Assembly: GCA_036172245.1 (NCBI GenBank)
Contig: JAYWIR010000032.1
Coordinates: 1,860,001-1,924,000, forward strand
DNA: 64,000 nt
Direction: 5' to 3'
Source of the DNA: Raillietiella orientalis
Taxonomy: Eukaryota
Translations under genes and position numbers: made by a program
In this document: positions 49,256 to 61,146 of the stretch, piece after piece
How the letters are laid out: each line of letters starts with the position of its first letter
Numbering within the stretch: position 1 is the stretch's first letter
The notes under the pieces: generated by a model
Told to the model about the DNA's origin: nothing
Databases searched by the model: none
Seen by the model: the letters and a program-made list of their open reading frames with translations, nothing else

Positions 49256-50608
49256 AGAGGAAGCAAGGATGCAAGTCTGCCTGAGGTCGCGACGTTCCTG
49301 GAGACACCCGTGCTGTTTCCACGAGAATGAAGGCCCGAACCGGTCGCCGCGCGTGGCACCTGGAGTCGCGGGTTCGAATCCCTACGTGGAGGAGCGACGA
49401 CGAGAGTGAGAGATGCGTCGCCGGTTTCGAGTTACCCCTGCAAGATGGCGCTGGTTGACCTTAGAAGCTTCGGGTGCTGCACTAGTGGCGGTCGCAAACC
49501 CACAGCTACTCCCGTTGACCGTGTTTCTTCTTTCTTCCAGGGTTCTGGAACCAGGAATCGAGGAGCCTCTTCGGGGTTCTCCTCCGGTTGTGGAAACAGA
49601 GCCGTCCGCACCTGCTCGGGAGAGGGCACTCCATGGCGTTTCATGGGACTGGTCGATACCCCTCCTCTGGGGGGTTGCCTCTCTCGAGTGTCAAGAAGCG
49701 CGCTGTTCCCTTCGTCGATCGCCCCTTAGAGAAATCCGGAAGCCTCCCTTTGGGGTCCTGCGAAGAATAGGAAACAGGGACCTGTTCCCTTGCTTCGGAA
49801 TTTCAACCGGAGAAGAAATTCCAGGAGTCGACCCTTTCCGAGTTCCCTCCGGAGAGGATGAGGAAGAAGTTCCCTTCCAATCGTAAGAGAAGCGGACTCC
49901 ACCCTTCGGTGCCTTCCCGGTTTCAAATGGTGGTCTTCTCCCGGGGTCTTCTCCCTAGGTTGGCGACGCTCGAATGGCGCGAACGGTTTCGAGGAGCTCC
50001 GTCAGCTCCCCTAAGACGGTTCTTGAGGACTCAGAGGCCCAAAAGGCAGAAAGTCCGGAAAAAAAAAAGTGGACAGACAAACAGGGAAATCCTAAAGGAT
50101 TTCCATTTCGATCAGCTGACCTCCAGCAGCAGTTTTTCATCGCCTTCAATTGCGCCGCACCGAGTCCTGCGTTTCGACGTGGAGACTTCCAAGCCTTAGA
50201 GGCTGCCTTGAAGCCCGGGTCAGGGAGAGACGGAATGGGAGGAAGTGGGATGCTGCCCGTGGCTACAGCCTGTTCTGTTCCACAGATGCCCTCCAGCTTG
50301 CATCTCGCGTTGAAGTTTGGGCCAATTCTTCGAGGGATTCTCGTGAGGGCGACTGTCCAATGACCCTCGGGTGGTGGCAGGTGACCGCGGAGGAAGCATT
50401 CTTGTGGGCAGGAACCGAGGCGCCACTGGCGGTCGAAGTGTCGCCTCCATGTGCACCCGTCTTCGAAGCAGTCCTTGGAACATTCCGGAAGCAGACGGGG
50501 AAGAATTTTTTCCCCATTCCGCAACGGGCGCCCTCCTTGGAGTTGCTTGGAGACGCTGCTCGTTTCGAGAAAGACTCCTCCGCACTGTCAAGATGGCGGC
50601 GTGCTGGC
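49256..50608. repeat. Inverted duplication arm 2b
   Basis: Reverse complement of 43887-45239. Confidence 0.95.
49310..50105 (+). mobile_element. tRNA-derived SINE-like element, copy D
   Basis: GGGTTCGAATCCC at about 49370-49382; core GAGTGTCAAGAAGCGCGCTGTTCCCT at 49686-49711; A-rich end near 50060. Confidence 0.7.
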
Positions 50609-53559
50609 CGCTGAGGAAAAGGGTGAAGTCTTCGTGGCCACCCCCCTTTTTCAGGTACGCGGAAACGACCACGAAGACGGTGGTACCCGGTAGCCTGAGT
50701 TCCGCGTGTGCAGCGCGGGATGATGACGAGGAGCTCTCTTAGCCTGGCTGCTAAGAGACATGCGGTCATCTAGCAGACCGTCAGGTGGCCTGTCCTCGCC
50801 GTCGCGTTCTCATATGCTTACCTCCGCCTTCTCATACATTGGTTCTCCCTGTGGAGATCTTTGCGCAGGCTGAACTCACTTTCTTCTCCCAGCGAGTCCC
50901 CAGGATGCAGCTGGGAACCGACAGAAGCCCTGGATCCACATTCCTTTGCCTTCTCCTCTTCAGCAATTCTTCCACGCAAGCGCCGCAGAAGTTTCTCTAC
51001 CGGCGCCTTGGTGGAAGTTCTTCTTGAACCAAGTAAGACTCCTGTAGTACTCCGAGATGGATGGAGGCCCTGGACCGTCTGGGTGCACTGTTACAGGAGA
51101 TGGACTCTTGATGGAAGCAACCGACCGGCCAGACCCCGTGACAATCCCTTCATCTTTCACACTGACGTCCTTATCGGCATCCTCATGGAGCCACCCACCC
51201 ATTTAGAAAGGAGACAGCGTTCGAGGAGCTCAGTTAGCGCAGACCTCAGAGTAGCTGTCAGCACAACATTCAGGCGGATGCGTTGCCTGGCAGGGAAGGG
51301 AACACCGCCGCAGCTCTTGCAAAAAGCCTTGAAAAAAAGCCACCATCTCTCAGCTCACCGCCTGGAAAATCCTCGTCATTTCAGAGGAGAGTGTGAACGA
51401 TTGCTACTAGCAGTCTCTTTATCCTTCTGTTATATCACTGTCTCTCGTGCGCCCTCCTGTGGTTGCGTGGTGCTGCGGGATCTTTCAGGTTCTGAACGGG
51501 TAAAATCTTCTGGTTCCCGGGAGCTGCTTTACTGGAAAGTGAACGGAACGTTCCGTTTTCCCTCCTGTTCCAGAGTATTTGCCGCCTTCGCGACATAACC
51601 TCTGTTTTTGGTGTCTACGGGCTTGCTATGAGGAGCATCCCCTACACTCGCGCTAGGTGGCCATGAATCCTCGGGTTCTATAGAGGACTTCCGACCTCTC
51701 TTCCGAGTGGTCAGAAAAGAAATGAGGAGGAATCTGTAGTGGTTTCTACAACTCATGTGAACCCCAGACTCCGGAATCCGACCTATAAATCATCATCGGG
51801 ACCTGCTGAAAGAAAGGGATCATACAGCTGGGGGGTTATTTGACTCAGAACGGGCAGTACAACACTCTGTCTTCCGCTTACAGGATCCTTGTGACATGGA
51901 ACTGGCTACCCTTCTGGAAGTTCCGAAGACAGGATAGCCTGAACTCTCCGAAGCGAAGAGAAGAGCCTTGGCACGAGGACACACTGGTTTCGATACCGCC
52001 TTAATCATTTCGAATCTTTCAGATCCTTTTATGAGTTGCAGAGGAAAAGCATGGAGAGAAGACCACTCCTTTGTTCGCCTCCAGGAAGACATTGCTTTTG
52101 GAGCACCTCTGGCGCCACTCTTGCGGCTGGATTCAGACATCCTCTGCCTTAAAGACGAATCCTCCGAGCTGAGAGGGGTGTGGCAGAAGATCCTCTTGAA
52201 ATTTCATCTCTAAACGAACGGCCGCCCTGAGATGGCGGCTGGCATCCTTCTTATCCTTTTCGTCTCCTGCAACTGAGATTCCTGCAAACGGCCAACAAGT
52301 AAAGCATCACGTAAAGACTCATGGCTTTTCTATCTTTTCTGCTAAGAAGATTTGACACTCAAGCGCTCATGTTTGCTGACCGCACCCATCTGTCTGCCTT
52401 CCTTTCCTCCTACAAACCTTCCTCCTCTTCCATTCCTTTTTCCTCTCTCTCATCCTCTTTCAGCGATTCTCGTGATGTTCCTGGGTGATTTTCGAGAACT
52501 GCTCTCGATGCGAATCCAAACCTTGTTGCCAACATGTGAGCGGCATCTGTATTTTGTATCAACGCTCGCTCGAAAGATTCCCTCGAGGGAATCTCTTAAA
52601 GAGCTTTGGAAAGATCTCAATGATCTTTCCTCATTCACCTTACTGATTCTTTTCTCCCTCATTCTCTGCCGTCCGAACATCAGAAAGCACCGAGTAACCT
52701 TCACACACGAGATCGCCACTTTCATTCCTGCAGAAGATTTTCAAACCCCTTGTGAAATTCCAGAACTGCTTCCTGTTCCAAACTTTTCCACTGATTGCCA
52801 GATGCAACATCCATGGTGAAGATGCGACTCCATTCCGATGGCTATGGAGAAACGCCATAACTGTCAACTATACGATTTTCTCGGGTCATCTTAACTCTGA
52901 ACTGGAAGCAGGGTCCTCATGGAACACGCACTTCCTCTCGGATGAGTGAGAGACAGAGACGATTCTTTTCAGCAACTGGAGGCTGAGGATCTCAAGATGC
53001 ATCCTTTAGCCCACAAGTGAAGCCATGCTGCAAATGTGAAGGATGCAGGAGGAGTAGCCGATGCCAGATCGAGTGGACGTCCCATTCGGAAAACGAGTTT
53101 TCGTTCATCAGCTCCGGACGGATCTCCATCCACGCCGCATCACTTCCCCGACTTCGGAAGTTTCAGCAGAGCCGGCACTTGCGTTACTTCCATCCGCTCT
53201 TCATCTCGTCATGCCGCCAGCATGCATCACGCAAGATCGCGTGAACTGTCATCTACCCGCTCCTCAATCTTTGAGAGGGAAGCAGGAGTCTCGTAGAGTC
53301 GAAGCGACGCATTTGGAAATGCGGTATAGAGGCCCCGATGCCTTCCATCTCAGATCCTCCCAGGAAATTTGTATTTTCGCCACAGTCTGAAATCTCCATT
53401 TTCCAAACTGATTGCTGCTCTGGACGCTGTCATGGTCTTGGCTCAGGGTCATACCCGTATTGCCACTGACATTTTTTTTTCGAGTTTTCCTTGGTCTTGG
53501 TAGAGTCTCAGTCTTTCTCCGAGGACTTCAGATCGACTAAATCTGCTTGAAGTCTGTTC

Positions 53560-54379
53560 GCCTGGAGCCCTTCTCCACATCGGACCTCCAGGATCTCACT
53601 GGAACATTCACTACTTCTACCAGCACAATCTGCGACGGTTCATGGCTCCAGGCAAGCTCGCGTCATAACTTCCCTACCACTCCCCGCCACCCTCCCCCTT
53701 TCCTCGAGGACTGTTGCGCTGGAGCGAGCCACTAGGACGTCCGGTGGAAGATCTGCAGTAGCCCTCGATGCTCATGGACACTGCACCCTCCCCTTGGAAC
53801 AGCAGGAGTTGGCACTCCTGGTGTTGCACTGTGTCCTCCCGTTCAATCTCTACCGTCATCTGGTCCCTTTGGGAACTCTTTGTCACGACCCGTGGAACCC
53901 TCGGCGGCAACCCCAGGGGCGTTGTGCGACTCCTCTTTGTGCGGGACGCCCTGCAGCACTTTGCTGTCTCGTCGGAATCGTGACGGCGTGGAGCGACACC
54001 AACAGAAGAACCAACCACAGGGACGCCATCCACTTCGCTCTCCGCTTTCTGCGGAAAGTGGTCAGATGGTTCCACCTGGACGTCGATATCAAGCAAAACC
54101 TTGTCGAAATCCTCCAAAGGATGCAGAGGATCGCCCCCAGCAGACTGGGATCCCTTCCCGCAGCCCTGTCCCCCAAACTGGTTTTATTTTTGCTTTGTTT
54201 ATTTTTGTTTTTGTTCGGTCCCTCCCCTCTGCTGCCGTGGTGGACCTCACTGGTCTGCAAACCATTTAAATGGCAGGTCATATGCGAAAGGGACATGATT
54301 GGACCACTGGTCCAGCCACACAAAGTGTAAATGTTTATTTTATCTTTAAATAAATGCCCCGACGTACCCGGGTGAAAAC
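53560..54379 (+). mobile_element. L1/Tx1-like LINE 3' end (internally deleted) with 3'UTR
   Basis: QQELALLVLHCVLPFN...CHDPWNPRRQ is homologous to 16160-16370; the UTR ends AATAAATGC-CCCG-ACGTACC-CGGG-TGAAAAC (54349-54379). Confidence 0.7.
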
Positions 54380-55939
54380 TTCCCTGTCACTTGTGAGATC
54401 CTAGGGAACCGGTTATCCTTTGGCAGCCGTATGCCCAGAAGAAACCTGCCGGCTCTTTTGGGCGGTTGGTCTCGGGCTCGACGCTAGAGCACCATCCATT
54501 TTTCAGTGCCGGTTGCTTGGGGTGGTCTATGGAAAGATCTCTGCACCCGAGCGTACTGTTGAACGAGGAGCATCCTTCACAAAGTGCGCTCGAGCTACTG
54601 AGGTGTAGCAGGCGCTCGCTAATTTCTCTCCCGAAAGGCCCTCCGCGGACCTATGATTTCCCTACGAGCTGCGTTCAAGTCCCATTGATCGGGAGTGACT
54701 CACCTTAGGTTTCCTTCGTCAGCGGGGGAACACGCGCGCGCGGAAGAGCGGCAGCGGAAGTGAGATCTCTTCACCTACCACGCGGGCATTCCCATTCCGC
54801 GTGCACGTCGGAAACCTGGAAACCATCAATTAACCAGTCCAATTCTGTTTTCAAGAAAGAAAGAGAGAAAGGAAAAAGGAAAGAAAGGTGCGAGGAATCC
54901 AGAATCGCCAGCATCCGCTTATCCGAGGAGCCAATGAACTCGAAGCAAGTTCCAGGATCCGCGGAGGAAATTGGATTTCCCTGTTCCGAGAACCCCAAAA
55001 CTCGATACTCCGTTCACGAGCTGCAGGTAGAAAAAGGAGGCGTCTGTCCCCCCAGCCGTGAGCCAGTGACTCCGCGCTGAGGAAGGAACGGGAAATCACG
55101 CGGAACCCACTTAATTTATCGCGCGGATTCAATTTTCACGGGATCTTTTTATCAAAGGAGATCTGCCCAGAGCGATTCCTGCTGCAGCACAGTTTGAGGC
55201 ACATGATTTATGCCCTCCTGTAATTGTGTGGCTTCCTAACAGATGCGCGTATTTATTTCGCAGACAAGTGCTGCTGAAGAAGTTTAGAAAACAATTCATT
55301 GCCTGAATCAATTGCTCCTTCTGTTTCGAAAACAGGAATGGCTTTCACTTTATTAATAGCATCCCGCTTCATGGATCGCCTTTATAAATAACATGCGCTT
55401 TTATTTAATAGCTCGCAAGAGCTGAAAACAAAATGCAGATCCATGCCCTAAATAATTCCTCCGTGTGTCTACCCGATGATAAAGATGAAATGGAGGAGGA
55501 AACTTCCCGTGTTGAGCTCGGGGGGTTCCTGAGGGAAACTCCGGCATCAGCACGTTGCTTTCCTGCTTATTCTTCCCTCCTGCATCTGAGCGCGAAAGAA
55601 CATGCTTGCATCTTCCGTGACTGCCTGTGGAAAGGAAGCAAGGAAGCTCCTCGATCTGTCCGTCGGCCCGGAGCGCCTTGTGGCACGAGATCCAAGGGTT
55701 GAGAGCAGCATCTGCTCCAACAGCGGGTCAAACCCGAAGGGTCAAGTACCTCGCCTCTTCAAGCGAGCCGAGCTCTTCCTGGACGCCGAGTTTCGCGCCT
55801 TCACCGCTCCTCCCCCAGAAATCCACGAACCCTTGAGTCCCCTCCGCTTGCTTCCCTACCGGTTTGGCGATTCCCCGTTCCCCCTGATTCCCAAGACATG
55901 CAGCAGTGGTCGATAACGTAAATATGGTGGTCTTCGGCC

Positions 55940-56130
55940 TTCCATATTCACGGTGTCGGAAATTTGCTGGTGCCATGCCTCGAGGGAACGATTGGTTGCG
56001 GGTTCGAAGCCCCATCTGAAGGAATCGACACCGAGAAATAGGCGCTTCGTGGGTTTCGATTCCTTCTCCTGCAGGGTGACCCTGGTTGGCATTCGTGGCT
56101 CCAATGAGGAGCTGGTAGAACCCGGTAAAA
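55940..56130 (+). mobile_element. tRNA-derived SINE-like head plus proximal body, copy F
   Basis: GTTGCGGGTTCGAAGCCCC...GGAATCGACACCGAGAAATAGG...CTGCAGGGTGAC, as in copies C and A. Confidence 0.6.
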
Positions 56131-56224
56131 ACAGTCCCCCGCCGAGTGACTGATGTTTTAACCCGGTCACGCCGACTCTTCCATTCAAAACCACAAGTTT
56201 GAAGGGATACATATCCCTCCAAGG

Positions 56225-56830
56225 AACGAGAAACGCCAATGCAAAAGAAGTTCAACCGGGATGACCACCTGCACACTACCCGGCTCCAAAAAAGAAGGGA
56301 ACGAGGAGTGACGGCGTCAACCAACTCGCTCGTTTTGCAGCCGCTCATGAGCTTCTGGACTTTTGCAAGGTTGCAGAAAAACTCCCATACTGTCTGTTGG
56401 CTACTGTCGTTGTTTTCCCTGAGGGGAGACAGCGCTGCAGCAAGGGGCGTGACTGCTACCTGAAACCACTGCATCCAATTCTGCAAATCTAGCGTTTTGC
56501 GTAGGAGACCCTGCAGAGGTTGCAGTTGCTCTGGCGCACTTCCAAGCTGGCACTCCAGTGCTTCAAAGCTTCCTGCTGCTAGGCATTCCAGTTGATGGGG
56601 AGTCAGGAGATCCACTGATGAGCTAGCAGCAACAAGGACATATGCCTCAGCTGAATCCAGTCCTCCGGCATAGGTTGCTCAGCAGCAGCGAAAGAAGTCC
56701 TGCGCTGCCGACGCATTGCTGGAGGACATGGCGTGCCGGGGCACATTAATGGAGAGACCATAATTCCCCACACGGAGAGAGAATCCAGAATTGCACCTAC
56801 AGTCCGATCTTCTCGATGGTCAGGACCAAG
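56225..56830 (-). mobile_element. Diverged copy of the LINE family at 4921-6590
   Basis: LQGLLRKTLDLQNWMQWFQVAVTPLAAALSPLREN...CKTSELVDA versus LHGLLRKTLGDLLQNWTQRFRVAATPLAAAVSALRER...CKTSELVNA. Confidence 0.8.
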
Positions 56831-56849
56831 TGATTGAGGTTGGAGGTTG

Positions 56850-57280
56850 GCCCTCCAGGGTGCTTCCAGGAATCAAGGAACTTTCCCTCAAGTCACTTAA
56901 GGGAAAGTTTGTGCAGATGGAGCTTCCATCGCGTTCCATGGAGCTGGTTGTACCTTCCTCAATGTTCAGAGTGTCAAGAAGTGTGCGCTGCTCCCTTTGA
57001 GGAGCGACTCCTTCAGAGAAATTTGGAAGCGTCCCTACGAAGAGTAAGAGGAACAAGCGCGTTCCTACAGGAAGGCTTCCTGGATTCGTAGGGTTGTTTC
57101 TCCTGGGTAACCTAAAGAGTTACACGCACCCCCTGGTGGCCGTGGAGCAATGTGAGAAAAGCTCCGTGAACCCCTAGGAAAACGGCTGTTTGGTGCTTTG
57201 CGAACCAAAAAAAGAAAAAAAAAAAAGCTGGAAGGGAAGCTGAGAAAGACAGAAAAACCCAAAAGGATTTCCATATTTGC
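56850..57280 (+). mobile_element. SINE-like element body without head, copy G
   Basis: TTCCAGGAATCAAGGA; core GAGTGTCAAGAAGTGTGCGCTGCTCCCT at 56969-56996; A-rich end at 57207-57227. Confidence 0.65.
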
Positions 57281-59244
57281 AAGTGCCAATTCTTGAGTAA
57301 ACGATTGGTGCAATCTTCGAAATTGTACCGATCGTGCCGAAATAATTTCCCTGCTAATCGTTGCAATCTTCTCCGCATTTCTCTCTTGCACTCATGTTGA
57401 GTTCATTGCTTGCCTGGGGTAATATGAGCTATCGAGCTAATCTCAGGTAATCCTGAGGGGGATCGAAACATCTCGAAGTGCTGTTGGCCGTCCTTACTTT
57501 ATCAGAGAAATTCAGCTTCGTTGTGCTGTCTCTGTGGTGTCAAAGACACACTGCAAAGATATCCTTCCGGGATTGCTTCAGCTTTGCATTCAACCTATTC
57601 GGAAGATACATGGTCAACGTTGGTGTCGCAATTCTGCATCCAGTCGGTCATTCTTTCTCCAGGCGCGAACATTGGAATCTCCATCAGGAGCCCCATCAAA
57701 TGCTCAGCCCTCGGCTACGTCGGTGAAGCATACCGTACACTGGCAATCCGCAATCAAAGGAAGTTAAGGAACTTGGTAATGATAAAGATCACCGTTCACA
57801 AAGGGCTTCCGAAGAGACGAAGTTGACCTACGTTGCCTTCAGGCTTCCTCACGTCTTCTGCAGAGGTTAATTAGCTTGACTTGCTGTCGTAGCGTACGAG
57901 GAGCTCTGTACACTGCGCGCGCTCATGGAAATCGAAGTCTTGCGAACGAATAAGGGCGAAGCCGCCGAAGACACGAAATTTGGAGAAGTTCGCTCGGGAT
58001 TTTTAAACTTTGGCTGCATCTTCGCGAGGTGCTACCGCATGCTTGGCCGTAAGCGCGATTTTTTTCCCTCATACATTCCTACCCTTTCAGACACTTGGTG
58101 GCAATGACAGCTAAATGAAGACCACTCTTGTGGTCTAAGGACCCTATAACAGAGGACATATTTAAAAAAGGGTGCTTTAAATTTTCATGTATATTCTTAA
58201 AGCAATTTCGTAGTTACCATGCGTCATAATTGTTCATCTCTACCCGCCTGCGAACCACTAATGCGCTGAATCATCTTGTCGTCGGTTCGAAAATTCCCAA
58301 AATCCAATAGGCGCGGAGAGGGAATAATTATTCTGCCCCCCCCCCTCTCTCTCTCTCTCAGTAATTTCCGTCAGCCGGCGGTCTTTCGCAACTGGGCAGC
58401 ATTCCATAAGATCTAAAAACTGGAGGCTGTTAGGTCAGATGTGCTGCTGTAAAAGTTTCACCGCAGTAGCGCATTGCAAACTTGTTTAGGGGTTACCATG
58501 GGACGTATCCCTTCGTCCATCTTCGTTATTCCCCGGCTGTTAATGAGTTCTTCCTCACATTGCTCGCCTGACGGGCGAACTTGCGCCGGGGAACCCCCCC
58601 CCCCCCATTACTTCGAATGAGGCGAAAGTCTTCCCCGTTTCCACTGCTGACCGTGACGTATATTTCTCCATCCACCCGTTTTAGGCGCTCCCCATTCCGT
58701 CCTGGGAAGCTGCTGTGTATTCTCGCTTGGAAACCTTTTCGAAAAAACTGTCATTTATGATGACGGCCGTATCAAAAAAAAAAAAAACCTGTGAGACGAT
58801 AACACCGAGCTAAAGGGCATTCGATACGTATACATCCTCACGCACACGTAAGTGGTCATTCCGGGAATTTTCGAGAGGAAGAAATAGTGCGGGAGTGCAA
58901 CATGTCGTTGAAATGCATGGCAGCCCGTCACAGAATAATCAGAGCACCGACGTTTACGCCCAGAGATAAAAAAAAAAAAAAGGGGGACAAAGTTCCTCGA
59001 AACCACAAACTGCATCGGAAGATGATCGCTCCGAGAACATTCCGGGAGCCGTTCATTCTTCTGGGAATGGAATGAATTCCGAGACGGTTACAGAGTTGGG
59101 TTGCCACGTTTCAAGGGCACGCCAAGCAGCTGCGTTTGCCGTGGTCCGATGATCCCCTCCCTGGACAAGTGCCGCGGTTCCGTTCAGGTGCCCCGCATGC
59201 AGCAGTGCCGGCCTCTGAGCAAACTCAACAGAAGCTGCTGCCTT

Positions 59245-59825
59245 GGAGAATTTTTGCTCGCAAAGCACCCAAGAACGGTTCGCCTGAAGGTTCCAGAACT
59301 CTGTTCACGATGTTCCACAGCCACCAGAGAGAGCGTGTCAACTCATCAAGTTAAGGGGAAGCTCCGAAGGGACCACCCCTTGAATCCAGGAAGGCTCTGG
59401 TGGAAAGAGTCTGTTCCTCTTACTCTTCGTAGGGAACTCACAAAGGACACCTCCCAATTTCTCTGAAGAGATCACTCCCCGGAGGGAGCAGCGCACACTT
59501 CTTGACACCCTGAACACTGAGGAAGGTACCAACCAGCTCCAAGGCACGCGGCGGAGGGTCCACCCCAGGAATGAGGGGGCAGACTCATTTCCAGCAACCG
59601 GAGGGGAGCCTTTAAGGGAAGTTCCTTGATTCCTGGAAACACTCTGAAGCTCTTCAGAGTGTCCATGCCACCAGAAGGTGCGTCTGACTCGACTCTTCAA
59701 GCTATGGGGGTCCTCGAGCACCCGTTTCTTGATGCCGATCGTTTCCCCGGGCAGAATTCGAACCCGTCACGCTTGGCACTCCACGCGAGAAGACCTTAGC
59801 CACACGCGGTTGCCAATGCGGACAA
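59245..59825 (-). mobile_element. tRNA-derived SINE-like element, copy H
   Basis: Minus strand GTGTGGCTAAGGTC...GTGCCAAGCGTGACGGGTTCGAATTC...GGGGAAACGATCG; core at 59483-59510. Confidence 0.7.
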
Positions 59826-60229
59826 AATGCAGGAGAGTCCCGTGGACGTCCGTGTGCCTCCTCCTTTGGCTTTTTTGCCTTTCAAGAGCCTCCTGAGAAG
59901 TGTTTCGGAACTTCGACAAGTTCTGCTGGAGCTGATCCTCAAGACAAAGACGCCCTTGCAGCTTCGGATGCTCATCCAGAACTGTTCAACCGAAAGAGGA
60001 CTTCCGTCCATTCGGAGTGGTCGTGGCGTTCTGCCGCTGACGTGCACAGCAGCACATTCGGCTCACACACATGAGCAGTCTGAATTCATCCACCTCAGAC
60101 ACAGCCTCCGCGTATCTGCGGCAGAGGGATCCAGTTAATCATCCGAGTAGAACCAAGAACCCGGCGAGGGAGGATTCCATAGCGTAATTCTTTTTATCTC
60201 GGTAATCCGACAATCCCCTCCTAAGTATT

Positions 60230-60690
60230 GTTTTCCTTAGACGGCGGCAAAACGGCAACGAGCGTTCCCATGGAGAAGATCGAGACAAACATCAGCCTGC
60301 TGGACTCAGCGCAGGGGGCCAGGGACCAATGCAAGCATGGGCTGGTCCCCTTGAAAGTCGATGACTCCCGAATGCACCCAGTGAAACCAGCACCAGATGC
60401 GCCTTCCGGGATGAGAGCAGAAACTTCCAGCTTGTCGCACATTTTGCCGCCAAACACTCCCACGCTTCTTCAGCGCAAACTTCGTCCACTCGAGCAGTCC
60501 CGTTCCTTCCATGGCAACGCTGTTGGGTGCCCATGGACCCAAACCCAGGTCGCAGATCCAACTCTCCTTGCTGCGTGCTTCCGTAGGCCGTCATCTCTGC
60601 AGCCTCCTCTTGGGAATATGAAGTTTCATTCCTGCTTGCTTCTTCCTGCCCGCTTGCACGCTCCTAGAATGGTCCAGGGGTAGTCTCCTA
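60230..60690 (-). mobile_element. Decayed LINE RT thumb/post-RT fragment
   Basis: GMKLHIPK (G.kiN..K-like) and EAWECLAAKCATSWKFLLSSRKAHLV (W..l..k....W...LS..gr..L-like). Confidence 0.35.
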
Positions 60691-61146
60691 ACCATCACGC
60701 GAGAAAAGAGATTTGGTCACCTAAAGATTTCAGCGTGTAAGGCTGACCCATTCGTGGGAAGCAGCCTCCATTCGGAGACGAGCTATGAGGAAGGTCGAGT
60801 GTTCCCATAAGAGAATAGAAGGAATACGTGCTACTCGCACAAGGCGGGGAGTGCCGGTAGTGGTCACACTCCCTCGAGCGCCGACGTCGGCAGAAGAACG
60901 AGGAAAGCGTCGTCTTCTCCACTGCACCCCAGCATGAGTGCCATGCGGAAGGCGGCGTCGATCCAAAGGAAGCAGCACTCTCAGCAGCTCTCGAGGTCCC
61001 CCGAGGCAACACGGAAGGAAAATCCGGAAAGGCAGTTCCGAAAGGGGAGAGAGGTAAAAAGAAAAAGCGGAAACAGAGACACCACCATCATCGCCATGTT
61101 TCCGCGGACCAAGCAAAAAAGGAACCACGAGCAGCCACCGAGGTCG

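Noticed and set aside
57400..57800. APE endonuclease remnant on the minus strand (IASV.YASP, GDSN)
   Set aside because: Too degenerate to call without a search.
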